A stretch of 63,729 bases of DNA, filler included, from Platydemus manokwari (Eukaryota): assembly GCA_037951405.1 (NCBI GenBank). It is 6 parts of 6 records of this genome, joined end to end, with 100 filler letters (N's around TTAATTAATTAA, not from the genome) between each part and the next. Parts side by side here need not be neighbours in the genome. Positions count along the whole stretch, not along the records: positions 1 to 8,888 come from JBBMOY011334317.1; positions 8,989 to 18,325 come from JBBMOY011262541.1; 4 more parts are not named here. One strand, written 5' to 3'. A program made the translations under genes and the position numbers. The notes beneath the pieces were generated by a model. That model did no database searches. It was not told the DNA's origin and worked only from the letters and a program-made list of their open reading frames with translations. Shown one piece after another: positions 1-13,419 of the stretch (positions are counted from its first letter, which is position 1; every line of letters starts with the position of its first letter).

Positions 1-639
1 CATATATACTTACCTAAAATAATAACTATGATAATATTATAGATGAAAATTGTAACAATATTAATAACAACATAACAAGATTAGAAATATAATTAAAATA
101 TTATTAATAATATAGAAATATTTTTGATTGAAAATTTGGAATATTTCTATTTTGCTCGACATCGATTGTTTGAAATGACTGTCGCCGGTTCAAGATTTTG
201 ATATTAAAAATTATATTTAACTTCCTAAATCGATTAAATCAAGATCGGATCGGGACGTCTAAACATCCGTAGTCCTTTGATAAATACAATCGATTCACCT
301 GGTGCGATCGTTGGAATTTATTTGAACTGCATTATCAAGAATTATGAGAAATAAAAATATTTGAAAAAAAAATAAAACGAAAAATTATTTTAAAATTCAT
401 GCATCGAAATACGTTGTATTATTTTGAGCAATTTAAAATGACCTACATAGCGAAATATTTTCAGTTGCGAAGTAAATTACTCAAAATAAAATCAAAGTTT
501 TCGAAACCAAATTACAATGAATTCAATGAGAAGTGAAATGTTCTAAATCGATATACAAGTATGCTGTCAGTGGTACTCGTGATAAATGATCGGTAAATGT
601 TTGTTGTGCAAATTGTCATTATCTAAAATTACAAATAAG

Positions 640-1583
640 TAATGAAAACTGATTTATTTAAAACCTGCCCGATACCCCAGTTTTTCCCCATAACATGAAA
701 CTCACTGATTTTGATTTGAAATTTGTGTTTTAAAAATTTTGATATAAGAAAGTTTCCTATTTATTATCGTTGTAGTACAAAATCTTGGATGACGTTGGCA
801 ATTTTTCAATATTGGTTAAAAGATTTAAACAATATAATGAAAGTAGAGGATCACAAAATTTTATTATTGGTTAGACGACGCACCTATACTCCCAAAATAC
901 TTTGAATTGAGTAATATCGAATTATTCTTTATCTCACAAAGTACGTCATCTCTTATTCAACCTCTTGATCAAGCTTTAAAGACAATTATAAGAAACTTTT
1001 GAGCCTGTCAATGAATTTTAATTTCGATAATAACGTTACACAAGAGATATGGTGTAAAAAACTGATTTATATTAAGCAGTAGTTTGGATATTGAAAGCAC
1101 AGAATCGTGTAAAACCTGCGACTATTTCTAATTGCTTTACCAAGTCTTTCGAAAATATATTAAAGAAGTGAATACCGAATGTGATGATTTTTCATGTTTT
1201 GAAATTAATTCAAAATATGACGAAGATCTCTTGTTTAATTTAGTTGTAAAGTATGAAAATGAAGAAACCAATGATAATTCTGTTGAAGAAGTGAAAGAAA
1301 GTATAACAATAACAGGATTTGAAGTCTATGAGTATGCAAGAAAACTTGAAAAATATTTATAAGCTAATATTCCTGATAAGATAAACAAAATATGGCATCT
1401 AGACAAATGAAAACCACAGACTTTATTATGCGTCAAAGAAATAAAAATGGTGATAAATGGGTGTAAAAAATAGTTTATGTGAAATCTAAGATATTGTTAT
1501 ATTAATACCTGTTTATATTATTTTTTAATATGAACATTTGTAAAAATTGGAACGCTAGTGTTCATATTGAACATGTCTGACTG
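640..1583 (+). pseudogene. Decayed pogo/Tigger (DDE_1, CENP-B-like) transposase with a right-hand TIR
   Basis: Frameshifted fragments YYRCSTKSWMTLAIFQYWLKDLNNIMKVEDHKILLLV (ORF 723-905) and LSNIELFFISQSTSSLIQPLDQ (~907-972) match the Tigger motifs KAWMT..IF..WL / KILLL.DN / QPLDQ. The sequence ends in ...gaacatgtctgactg|TA at 1583, a pogo-like CAGTCAG terminus with a TA target. Confidence 0.75.
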
Positions 1584-2198
1584 TATTTAACTACAATCAT
1601 TTAAATAAATTAATATCTTTCGATTCATAAAATCTTTAAATTCATAAAATATTTTAAGTTTAAATTTTAAAAAATATAAATAAAAAAGATCATTGTTTTA
1701 AATTCTTTACGAAAAATTAGAAATATTCGTCAGTCAAATACAATCAGAAATTAACACCTAAATGAAAAAACCACTGGATAATAACCTTTTTTCAATAAAT
1801 ATTTGTCATTAAGTTTTATTTAATTTTTCTTTGTGTTTTGAAAGGCATTGCTTCCTTTCGATCAAAAGGCTTCTAGAATAATTGAATACCAGCTCTAGAC
1901 GTCTAATTCCCGCTAAAATAGAATCTGAGAATATAAATGATTATCGACTTCAATCTTTATTTAGATTTTAGTACAAATATAGATGAATTTAAAAGTTTGA
2001 AGGTGAAAAGGATTTCGGGTATTTATTCGCTCATCGAATTTTTTTATTTTCAAATTATTTAATGATTAGTGCGAAATGGTTATCGACATATCCATATAAT
2101 GAGTTTTAAAAGGTCTTTTATAGCTAATAATTCGAGTAACAAAAGAAATAATATGACAAATCAAGGAAGGAAAAGAATCAGGTGAGCGTGAAATATAT

Positions 2199-2303
2199 CA
2201 GGTGTGGCCAACCGGTCGATCTTAAAGCCAATTTTAGTCGGTCGCGTGAGATGTTATTCAAATGAAAAGTCGATCTTACGTACACAAAAGTTGGCCACCT
2301 CTG
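2199..2303. mobile_element. 105-bp hAT (Buster/Charlie-type) MITE
   Basis: TIRs CAGGTGTGGCCAAC / GTTGGCCACCTCTG. Perfect 8-bp TSD AAATATAT (2191-2198, 2304-2311) with central TA. Confidence 0.85.
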
Positions 2304-2559
2304 AAATATATTATCAACCAAAAATTAGATTTATAAGCTGACATCTCAGATAAACATCACAAAAACCTAACCGATTTAGTCATATTAATTTTGCACTGAA
2401 TTCAGGTTTAATTTTAAAATATACCACAATGATGTACATCTTATTTCATAAGAAAGTTCAAACTATCCTTCACAATTTTCATACTTTTACATTATTTTAA
2501 ACCAATTATTTATTCCATAAAACTATTGAAACCCACTTAGTAAATAACCATAAACATGC

Positions 2560-2875
2560 TACCAATGAAATTTGAAATCTATGCTATTTAAATAAGTGAT
2601 TAATTTGTTTAAATAATTATAATTAAAATAGAAATTGGTATCTTGACTTTTTAGTTCGTTTTCAATGCGCGCTTTATAAAATAGTGGCGGCTTATATGGT
2701 GACCACGCATTTGGATTCGATTCTGATTGTGTCTGTGACAAGGAAGAGAAAGATCATATAGATAAGATGTATAGAATATATAATAAAGTTGTGTAGAATA
2801 TTTAAAGAAGAAAAAGTAACGATATAAAGTTAAAAAGAAGTTTTGGATAAGTTATAGAGATAATATTAAGAATGA
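2560..2875 (+). mobile_element. TRIM-like family, partial copy (5' LTR + PBS + internal region)
   Basis: LTR 3' end ...gttcgttttcaatgcgcgctttataaaatagtggcggcttata (to 2696), then TGGTGACCACG (PBS-like) and a purine-rich core homologous to 19791-20013 and 30943-31191. Boundaries approximate. Confidence 0.7.
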
Positions 2876-3783
2876 CATTTCTTGAAGAAGCCCATGTTTT
2901 AATGCTTCCAAGAGGAGTAAAGCCAATTACACAAGATGTTTGGGATTGAGCTGATAAATAGAAAATTTACGATTGTTATAAATGATGTATGATTTTACAC
3001 GTATTGTATTTTGTAACTGTCATGTTTTATTTCTATCGGGGTGATTTTTGACATTTAACACGGTAATTTATTAGTTACTAGGGTTTTATTTTAAATTATT
3101 TTTCTCTTTTGAAACATTAAATTAAATAATTATTACGCTAAAATGAAATAATTATTATTTCATTTCTTTTACTTTATTCCTTTATAAATAACAATAGAGA
3201 CTTTTCCAGAATGATAAAATATATAATTAGAATAAAAATTTCTACTACTATACACCGATACAGGGTGGGTTTGTACAATATACCAAAATTAAGAATAAAA
3301 ATTCCATGCAAATATATCCAAATGTAGCCAATATCTCCAGATTATTGTCAGATTGAATATCTTGATTTCCCAAAACCCCAAAAAATACATTACTGAAAGT
3401 TTTATTAATATTAAAGTCGATGCGATAAGTAATAAACTAAATAATTAAAATCTAGCAATAATTTGAAATTTTATTTTTTCACTAGAAACCTTTAAAATTT
3501 TACCTTGCCATTAATTGGAAGATTTACTTTAATATCTTGTGTAATTGTAGCATTTTGGTGTTTGTAATTTTGCTCCTATTGGAAACCAAATCCAATGAAA
3601 GTTTCTTAAATTGAAGACACGTGGTTAGCTACTGGAGTGTTATGTGTTATTTAACGTCCTGTATCGCCTTGTAAACCTCATTCCAAGAACATGATTTTAA
3701 TAATTTTTGACATACTTTCCAAAGCTTTGATAATTGGTTTAAACACACTGTTGTTTCAAGAGAACGAGAAGTCTTGTATAGGC

Positions 3784-3965
3784 TGTGAGGATTTTTAAAT
3801 GCATTAAAATTATAAAAGATTTATAATTGGAATTTATATTCGAAAATAAAAATTATCAATTTTATTTATTTAAATAATTACTTAAAATAAATATTTTTTT
3901 AAAATAAATATTCTCCACGAGTTTGGCTTTTCATTTTCTTGCTTTATAAAATAGAGCGGTAAACA
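3784..3965 (+). mobile_element. Solo LTR of the TRIM-like family
   Basis: Starts TGTGAGGATTTTTAAATG and ends ...ctttataaaatagagcggtaaaca. Flanks taggc/caggt are a degenerate 5-bp TSD. Confidence 0.6.
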
Positions 3966-6718
3966 CAGGTTAAGAAATAAGAATACCCTCACAAACACAT
4001 TTATGAAGAATGCGAGAGAGTCAGAAGGATATGGGTGCAATAATTTTCAAAAATATTTCTGTTCGTTTTAATCATTTAAAGAAGAATAACTTCGAAAGGG
4101 ATTGAATTTAAAAATGGTCCTTGAAGAAAATTCGTAGGCTGCGTGTGTTCTCGTGTTTAGTGAGCGATATCAATACGTCAATAATTTAACATGTCCACGA
4201 GCTTAAGGTAATAAGCTACAGATGATAAGGTTGGTTCAAATCTAATTTTTAGATTGATATAAGAATATATCTAAACAACATCCGTTGATGCTGAAATATT
4301 TCAACAGTTAATACGAAATACCAAACAAAGAGAATTTTGATGTTGTGGCCTAGTAAATGATTTAAATCAGGTACATTTTACAAATAATATGACACCCGTG
4401 GTAAATTAAATGATATTACTGAGGAGGATCAGAAGGATCTGAATATTTGAGTAAGGCCAGGAAAAAGATGCTTGTACCATTCCAAAAAGAGAGACATAGG
4501 TGAAATGAATAAAGATGCTACATTATCCTTAGAAATTATACGTTATTTTATTTTACATCCACCATAGTGAGAAATTACGTTCACATGATCTAAACTTTGT
4601 TTATTAATGATTGTCGTCCACATAAATCATTTCACAATTATTAACAATCATACATAGCTTTCTAAAGTTCATTTTACATCTTCATTATTTTTAATATTAA
4701 CGTTCGACAATTTTGAAAGTTAATCAAAGGATAAGAATTCGTGAGTTTGTTATATTCTCTTTATAGATTCCGAATCTCAGATATTTTGCATTGAAAATAT
4801 TAACAAATTTTTACTAATTTCATGAGTTGATTTATTTTATTGACTTTTTTTGGGCATCATAGACTATTGATTGTAGGACGACAGACTGATTTGTTGAATT
4901 GCTAATGAATTGTTAAAGCTGTCACATTCTGTTGTTCATAATTCAACAACCAAGTTCGATAAAATAAAATAATTTAATTTAATACTTGTAAGATTAACAA
5001 GAAAAGAACAAATCCAATATTTTAAATATTTATTCTCACTAATTTTAAAATTATTTATATTAATATTTTTATATTTATTATTATTAATTCCCACTTTATT
5101 GCTTCTCTAATTCAATTCAATTGATCATTGAAGATTAATATCCATCAATTTTACTTTTTTTTTATTTCCTATTGTTCCACTAATACTATTAAGAGTATCA
5201 TCCGTGCTACTTTCACTTTTCTTTTCTAATATTCTCTGAGTCAAGTATATATGACCCGCTAACTTGTTCACTGGATAATTATTCGTAGATATCATCTCGG
5301 CTCCTTATTTTAACTCATTTCCATTATTCTTTCGCTTATAGTTTTATTAATATTATTATTATTTTATTATTATTAATAAGTCATGAAAATTCCTAAATTT
5401 GGCAAGTATTTATAAACAATTTTTGTATATAGTCTACAATTATTATTTATATTCACTATTTATTCCTATCCTAATCATTGTTTCTATGTGACCATTTGTT
5501 TCCTTGCGTTTTTACATAACATATAATATTGAAGATTTTATTTATTTATAAACGATCCATTTCGAATAAAAGTGTTTTGACAAGTTGTTATAATAATACA
5601 TCAACTAAAGATTAGTTCATTTTGATACATAGATAGAGTCAAATAATAAAGGATTATTTTATTTCAAATCACATATCAGTTCATATTGTTACATTATCAA
5701 AGAGGAACAAGTTGAATTTTGGGTTGTAAACCATTTTTGGGTCAAGATGTGGTGTGAAAACTTTGGAATCAGGTTTTTAAAATCTGAAGAGATTGTTTAT
5801 TTTGTTTATTGATTTCTGTTGCACTTCTACTAAAATAAAATTAACATATAAAGGTTTTTCCTATTATGGTTGATCATCATCCAAATTAATAGACAAGACA
5901 TATTCAGGTCTCTCCTTCTGAACCAGTATAGTGAGATGGGAACGAGGTCATAATTTTATCTTTGCAATTTTTATCAATTCCTATTCACAGGTTCTGGTAA
6001 TGCCAAGACGTCGATTGTCAGATTGTTGGATTACGAATATGCTTATCTTCACTATTATTTCAATACAAATTTTTTTAAATTGTTTTTTATGATAGTATGA
6101 TTGACGGGCTGTTTTATGGCTCAACTGTTTGAGAATTGTTTTTTCAGTTATTCAAAAAATAGTTCAAAAAATAAAGTCTAATTCGAGATTAATCTCCTAC
6201 ACTGTAGATATAAAGATAATAAGTAATATAAACAAATTTTAAAGTGCATTACATTATGATTATCATTCAATGTTTGCGTGAGGGATTTTACTCTTTCCAT
6301 AGGAAAAAGTATCCGGAAATATCTCAAAGTATGTGAAATGATTTTAGTCTGTTGTTACGTTAAACGGATTATTGAGAGTGATAGTATTAACTATTTACAA
6401 CTATTCGTACTGGTGATGATAAAATCAGAACAGTGAATTTTACATAATACCTTTATTAATAACTAATGACATGCTTTGGTCAGGTTGGTCAAATGTTACA
6501 ACTTTGTCCCCTTTCCATCTAGATTTTTCGGTGTATAATGATGCTATTTTTTTCAATTGAAAAAAATTTGGTTGGGTTTTCAGCTGAATGATGGTCAGTA
6601 TTTACGTTAATGCATAACATAGGTGGTATGGGCGTGCTTCATATTTCTCTTCTGATTTTCGTGTAATTTAGTCAAAAGGTGTTTCATTATTTTTATATTA
6701 TTTATGTCTAATTATTGA

Positions 6719-6720
<2 letters not shown>

Positions 6721-6775
<55 letters not shown>
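6721..6775. repeat. (ATT)n microsatellite
   Basis: Perfect trinucleotide run. Confidence 0.95.
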
Positions 6776-6776
<1 letters not shown>

Positions 6777-8888
6777 TGACTATGAAGTTTTTGGAACTTG
6801 TTAACTTTTTAATTGGCTGAGTTTGATTGAATTGGCTCACTTTTGTCAATTATGTTTGATATTTTAGCAGATTAGATGCCAATTTGGATTTTATTGCTTA
6901 TTCGAAATACATATTCGAAATATATATCGTGGACTTGAATTTTTAAATAAAAAATAATGAAGATTGATTATGACATAAACTTTGTTTTATTAATAAAAAG
7001 ATAATTTCTTAAAAATTCAAGCAATTATTTTACTTGTTATAAATCTATAATAATGAATGATTTTTCAAGTTGACTGGCTCTATATATACACTGTACTATA
7101 TATACTGTGTGATTCATAAATTCCCGTCTCTAAAACTAAAATAAAACAACACAACACAATATAATTTATACTCATTTAAGACATATTTACACTCATTGAT
7201 ATTAATTATTATTCACTGATTAATGTACTTTATTTATTATTTCTTATTAATCAGTTGCATTATTACAATTTTTCACAAATAATCAAACAAGCTACATCTT
7301 TAATCTCATTGAAATTTTATTAGAAAAATAATCGCGTTATTATAATTTGTGAACATAACATTTCCTCTTTTCCTTAAAGTTCATCATTTCAGTAAACATT
7401 TTCCTTCGTTTGTTATAGCTCATTACATACTAGTGATAATGATTTGCAATTGTATCTTTTCTATTCTTAAGATGACGAAATTTATTAGAATATAGACAAA
7501 TTCAGAGATAGCCCACACAGCTTTGCATTGCAATTAGATTGTACTATCTCTAATCAGTATTATATTTCATCCCCATTTAAACTTGGATGATTGTGTTACA
7601 TTATGGTTTATTTCAATGTGAATACTTTAATCACATTCAATTAGGATATTAATGACGATCTATTTGACAATAATTTAATCGAATCGTTTGCCTCAACGAT
7701 TACTATTTCTCATAGTACTCATCGTTGAAGGACTTTAAAAACTTGGATAACAGAATTTCGATTTAAGTGTTCCTATAAAGTATAAAGAAACATAAAATTA
7801 TTTAGCTATGAAATTTATCTCGATAACTTCGATGATAATTTCATTAATTTTTTCAAGTATTTATATTAAACTCAAAATCGTTGATAAAGTTAATTTCAAA
7901 TGATCACGTACTAAAGTGGGAATAAATGATATTCTATAACGGATAAAAATATTATGTTTTAGATGCTGTTGGTTTTGATTGCAATAAATATTATAATTAA
8001 TTAATATAACATGATAAAAAGAATACATTAATGTTATTAAGTAATAGTACACTTTTAAACTTTGAGAAACTCGAATATAATTGTAATCCGTTAAAACAGG
8101 CCAAATTTGTAACATTATGTTATGCGGTATTTCGATATTAGTTTTGTATTCAACAGTCAACCCATCCCAAAAGTTATTGTGAACTACGTTGGGATTAAAA
8201 AGTCAATATTGTAAATATCTTAAATAAAAATATCTAATTGTTAATTCAGGAATAATTTTCTGAATTCATTCATTTATTTGCAAAAAATTAGTACTTTACC
8301 AAAGAAATAATAATTTCAGATCTTTCTAGTTGCGACAGACTTGATATATTTCAAGGTTATCTCATTTCACACAAAGAATGATTTTTATTTCAAAATGTAA
8401 TGAAACCCAGCATGTATTTAATAAGAATAATTAAATATTCGATCATTACTATCAAATTCACCTAATATTTTATGAGGACTATAAATTTTTTAAAACTTTT
8501 ATTAGTAGTCATTTGTTTATTCAAATCCCAATTAAAATCAACATTTATGTTTAATTTGTATTCACATTAGGATAATCTTTAGCTATCTTATTGCTGTCTA
8601 TTTAAATCGTTGCTTTTACACTCCATTATTGAAAACAGTTAACATACGATACTTAAATGAATAAGGATAAAGATTAGAACGACCTTTAAAAACAATGATT
8701 ATTAACACTGAAAAGATAAATAAAGCTCTTAAGCTTTTACTGTAATTTATATATTTTTACTGTAAAACATATATTGGTATTAGGTAATGATTATTAGATT
8801 GGAATATTTGTTCCAAAATTATGATTATTAAGAGTTACATATTGTATATATGTAATAAAAAATTAAATTATAGCGGCAATGTTATGGC

Positions 8889-8988
8889 NNNNNNNNNNNN
8901 NNNNNNNNNNNNNNNNNNNNNNNNNNNNNNNNTTAATTAATTAANNNNNNNNNNNNNNNNNNNNNNNNNNNNNNNNNNNNNNNNNNNN
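8889..8988. other. Artificial assembly spacer (44N + TTAATTAATTAA + 44N)
   Basis: Identical 100-bp construct at five places. The 12-mer gives stops in all six frames. Confidence 0.97.
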
Positions 8989-10399
8989 CCATTTTTATGG
9001 TATGTCTATTCAAAATATTCCATTTTTAAATTAAATTCTTAAATTTGATCGGACTTATTGTTGGAAAAATCTAGTAGGACTTTACTTGTTTAATAAGTCA
9101 AAAACTCATTTAAATGTAATTTTGAATTAGATGATTTTGATGTCCCTATCAATAATCTGATTCTTTTCAATTTTCAGGTTCCGTCTATCACTAGAATTAA
9201 ATAACTAGAATTTATCAATAATAAAATTCGTTCGATAGATAAACATGATACTAGTTAACGATGCAATGAAAAAATTCAATTCGTACGTGACATATTGATT
9301 TTAATGATTGAAGGTGTATTGCTCTAAAGAATAGGTGGATAAAAAGATACTGGAAATAAGGATTAATGGTATCTACTCAAATCAAAAAAGAAGTAGGGAA
9401 CAGAATTTAATTTGCAGATATTTGCACAATTTTTCGCAATTTTCTGTAAAAAGCTAATCAACATTTCTGCGGATGATGAATTTGTGTGCAAAAAATTAAA
9501 ATTAATATTGCAATTACCAATAAATCAAAATCATGATTTAAATAAAATGTAACAATAATAATTTTTCGCTTATTTGTTGACATTTTATTCACGTGACAAT
9601 TTTTTAATCCGTATTTTATAAGTCTCGTGGCCTATTTAATAATTCCTTATATGCTCAATTGTTTCTGGCTCGCCCAAGATCTTGTACATCTCTGGCGAAA
9701 GTTTGTCATATAGTCATTTAAATATCACTTTTCTTTAATTATTGATTAGGAAAATTGAGGGAATTTATTGGCATTTAGATTGTCACGTTAACCTATTTTC
9801 TTCCTTTCAGAGGAATTTACTAATTAATAATTCTTGCAGTAATTATTATCTTATTCAAAGGATATTTTTAAATATAATGACAATATTATTAAAATGTATT
9901 ATTTTGTTATAATCATAATAAATATTTATATTCTCTATAATTATCGTTTATTTTAGATTTATATTATTTCGTACTCAGGGTTCCTACCTGTTTTTTGTCC
10001 AAATTAATTGTTATTTTAATATTGTCGTTTATATCAGTATTGTAATGTAACCAGATTTAATTTGATACCTGCTATAGCTTACTTATTCTGATTCTTGTAT
10101 TACTTGTGATAACCATTAGATATAATTTAAATAAATCTATCAATTTTATTATTGATTTAAAATTCAATATTTTATTCTGTTCATAAATATGCAAACATCG
10201 TTTGTAGTCAGGTGTACCTAATAAAATTATTTATAAAACATTTTAAAGCTCGACACACTCATTAATAGGAAATACACAATTAAATTAATTTGTCACATAA
10301 TTTTCAATTTATTTTGATCCATATTATATCGCATCTAAAAACTATTGAACCTAACAAAACAAAAAATCACGTGATCCTTTCCACTTAAAACACAAACCA

Positions 10400-11930
10400 C
10401 CAATAGCCATTGGATCCCTGCCAGCTTGAAAGCTTTTGGATGTTGAATTTCCACTTGATACTGTTATTTGAAATTTTCAATTTCGAATGAGTCTTTGTAC
10501 TAATATTTGCTATCAGATCTTCTATTGGAGTCAGTCTAGATTAATAGTTTCTCTAAAATGCTGAATTATCAGTATTTCTTGTATTGGAATAGCTGATATA
10601 CATTTTATAACCGTACATCAACAATTTTTGCAAACATTTCCCCTCGATGTGCTTCGGTTAATTTTTATAGTCACTTTCAGAGCGGTGACTGAATTTCTGT
10701 TCAAAAGCTACTTAATGAAGTGAGAATTTTGTCAAATCTCGCTTTGTAGCCTTGATGAAAAGTTCAATTCTTGGTAATAGTTCAAACCAATTTCGCTGAT
10801 GACAAGCTCTCTATAACAAAGTGACCATCATGTCTATAATTGTATAAATGACTCGTTCCGTCAATTTGTTTGAGTGATGCTGATAAATGAAGCTAAATTT
10901 CTGACAAAAGCTGGATTTAGCACCTTCTTTTATCATGAATTGGTCTTCAAAATGTTTATCCCTATCTGTCAATATGCTTTTGGTTTCTCAAAATGATAAA
11001 TCAAAGAATTAAAGACTGCTTCAAAAATTTTCTTTCATTCTGTCCAGACAAAGTAATTTGTTTCACAAATTTACTAAACTTGTCGTAGCAAGAATATTTC
11101 TGGTTCTGAAAGTTGTTTATGTGGGAAATAGCATCTATAATTTGTTCTAGAAATTATTAACTATGTCGAATTAGTAGAACTTTTTTTTATTCTGCTTTAA
11201 TCAATTTCCCTTCCTTCAAATTCTTGTAAAAGTTTTTTATAGTTACTTACATGTTAAACTCAATGAATTTCTGAGCAAAATACTTAGGGATTATCACAAT
11301 AATTTCATTCTTTATTTCTATTAGTAGCATTTTAATCTTATACATTCCTGTAAGAATAAAATCTGTGTCATAGTCTGATTGCCGGAAAGATTTTTATAGA
11401 TTTTACTTGTTTTAGCATCTTTTATCTGCTCCTCAAGAATTTTCAATATAATATCTGGTTTATTTTTGACTTATGGTAGATACTTGTTGATGCTTTCTCA
11501 TATTAAGCAAAATCGTGTTTGCTTGGCATTGATTGCACCAAACTTCGCATATTCAGAATAATTCTTCAGCGTTACTATGCTCCTCACATTTCCAATATCA
11601 AAGTTCAAATTCTTACTTCTATGTATTGTCATCTACGTTTCAAACGGAGGACTAATTGGTTTTTTTATGAAAGCAAGGACACTAAGCCTTTATTGGTGTA
11701 AAACAAATTTACTTCCATGTAAATATTGTTTGAAATGAAAATCAATTCGTGAATTTCAAAAAGCTTTTTCCTTTAGTAGAGATTTTCGTGGCTAGTCAAA
11801 CCATCACGATCCATAAGCGATCGCTACTTTCAATCAGCATTCTATAATATGGAGTAGCATTGCAACAGATGTTCCTGAACCTGTGTTCAAATCCATAGTT
11901 AATGTTAAATATTCTGAAGGATAATCAAAA
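10400..11930 (-). pseudogene. Decayed Ty3/Gypsy pol (RNase H followed by integrase)
   Basis: Minus-strand fragments KVAIAYGS* and FHFKQYLHGSKFVL (RNase H), then CYDKFSKFVK, FEKP/SILTDRDKHFE (frameshifted) and YQHHSNKLTERVIYTI (integrase D,D,E region, cf. YHPQSNGLTERVNRTI). The RH-before-IN order is Gypsy-type. Confidence 0.8.
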
Positions 11931-13419
11931 AATCACACAAAGAGTCTCTAATTTTATAAAGCTTTCTTCGTATGATCCGGTTTATTGTAAATATTAAACA
12001 AATTTATGGTTTCTGTTGTTTTTTTTGTGGGTTGCGCGTGATTTTAAACGTTTGACTGGTCCTGAAAGGGCTTCAACAACCGGTATTGAAGACCAAGCTG
12101 TTGTAAAGAAGTTTAATATTAATTTAAGACTGTAGCACAGAGGATACTGAGTCACTCTGGGCCTGAAATGATGTGGATATGAAAACATCTTCCAGTAATT
12201 AGTAAATAAAATAACAAATAATTTATCGCAATATATATACACTGATAATTCTTCGTCAGACTCTAGTTGTGAATGATTGCTTGAATAACAAAAGCATGAT
12301 TATGGGTTCTAAAAATCGTTTTTTTAAGAAAAATAAATTTGAACAATTAATATTTTTAAAAAGAACACAAAAGTTTTGAATAATACCCCGAACCTCGCCT
12401 CAGCGATTAACAGGTAATCCGTACAACGGACGAAGATATTAAATAATGTGGAGAGAGTTATTATCGTTAATGGTTCGAATAAAATCAACTGTAAGATTAT
12501 AATTAATTACCAATGGTTATAAATGAATTAAAGATTAATATTGTTTATTGTTAATCAGTATTCAAAACAAAATTGGATCAGACACTAATATTATTGTTAT
12601 TCATTGTCAAATATTGTCACTTGGAGGCAAGCTTGAATTTGCACATCTGGGCGTCCTCTCATCGAATTTGAACATCAGCGCAGTCTATACTCAGGGTCCA
12701 CGTGCTTGATTATATGTACAATGGGATTATTGTTATGTGATCTGTCGGGCTGCATAATGGTATTATATTATACGATTTGTAGGGGTATTTATATTGTATC
12801 TTAAACAGTATTGTGTTTGGGGTTTCATGCTTTGGCTTTTGGACTATATTACTATTATTGTGTCATATTGTTATGTACATGTATATTTTTAGGATGATTT
12901 GTAGGGCTGTGTGCCCAACATAAAGCTCATTCATTTTCAAATATCGTAACACGGAATGCTATCTTTACATATCCCTTCATGAATCTCCTGTGGTAATTTC
13001 AAAAAACCTTTTATGCACAATGAGGTTCTTGCGTATTTATGGTTTGAATAATTTTATCAGTATTTGTTTACCCTTCATCTTTGATTACGATGAATCCAAA
13101 AAAATTAACTTAATCTATAAAGAAGAAAAATTTATCTAGATTTATCTATATTCTTAAAGCCTGAATGTTATTCACATGTTTCGATATATATCTATATATC
13201 TATAAACAATTTCTTTCAATAATAATAACCAATTAACGATGTATCGATTTTTAAAACTTTTATGATAACTTAACCAACTTGAACGGACGTCTGTTAAAAC
13301 AAAAAAGTTGTAACATTCTGTACATGTTCTGCAAACTTAACCGGATATTACGCTTTTTACCGAAATCAACTGAAGAGAAAATCTTTTTATCAGCTGAATA
13401 TATAAGAATCTTAATGTCA

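Noticed and set aside
7400-8200. Possible hAT transposase relic (LQIWPVLTDY)
   Set aside because: Too degraded to support without a profile search.
8933-8944. Palindromic TTAATTAATTAA repeated five times, like a regular repeat or array
   Set aside because: Always centred in exactly 88 Ns, so it is an assembly linker and not biological.
12640-13050. Penelope-like GIY-YIG relic (LYVGHT) with a possible hammerhead-like CTGATG on the minus strand
   Set aside because: Only one short motif matches, and the ribozyme core lacks CUGANGA/GAAA and supporting stems.
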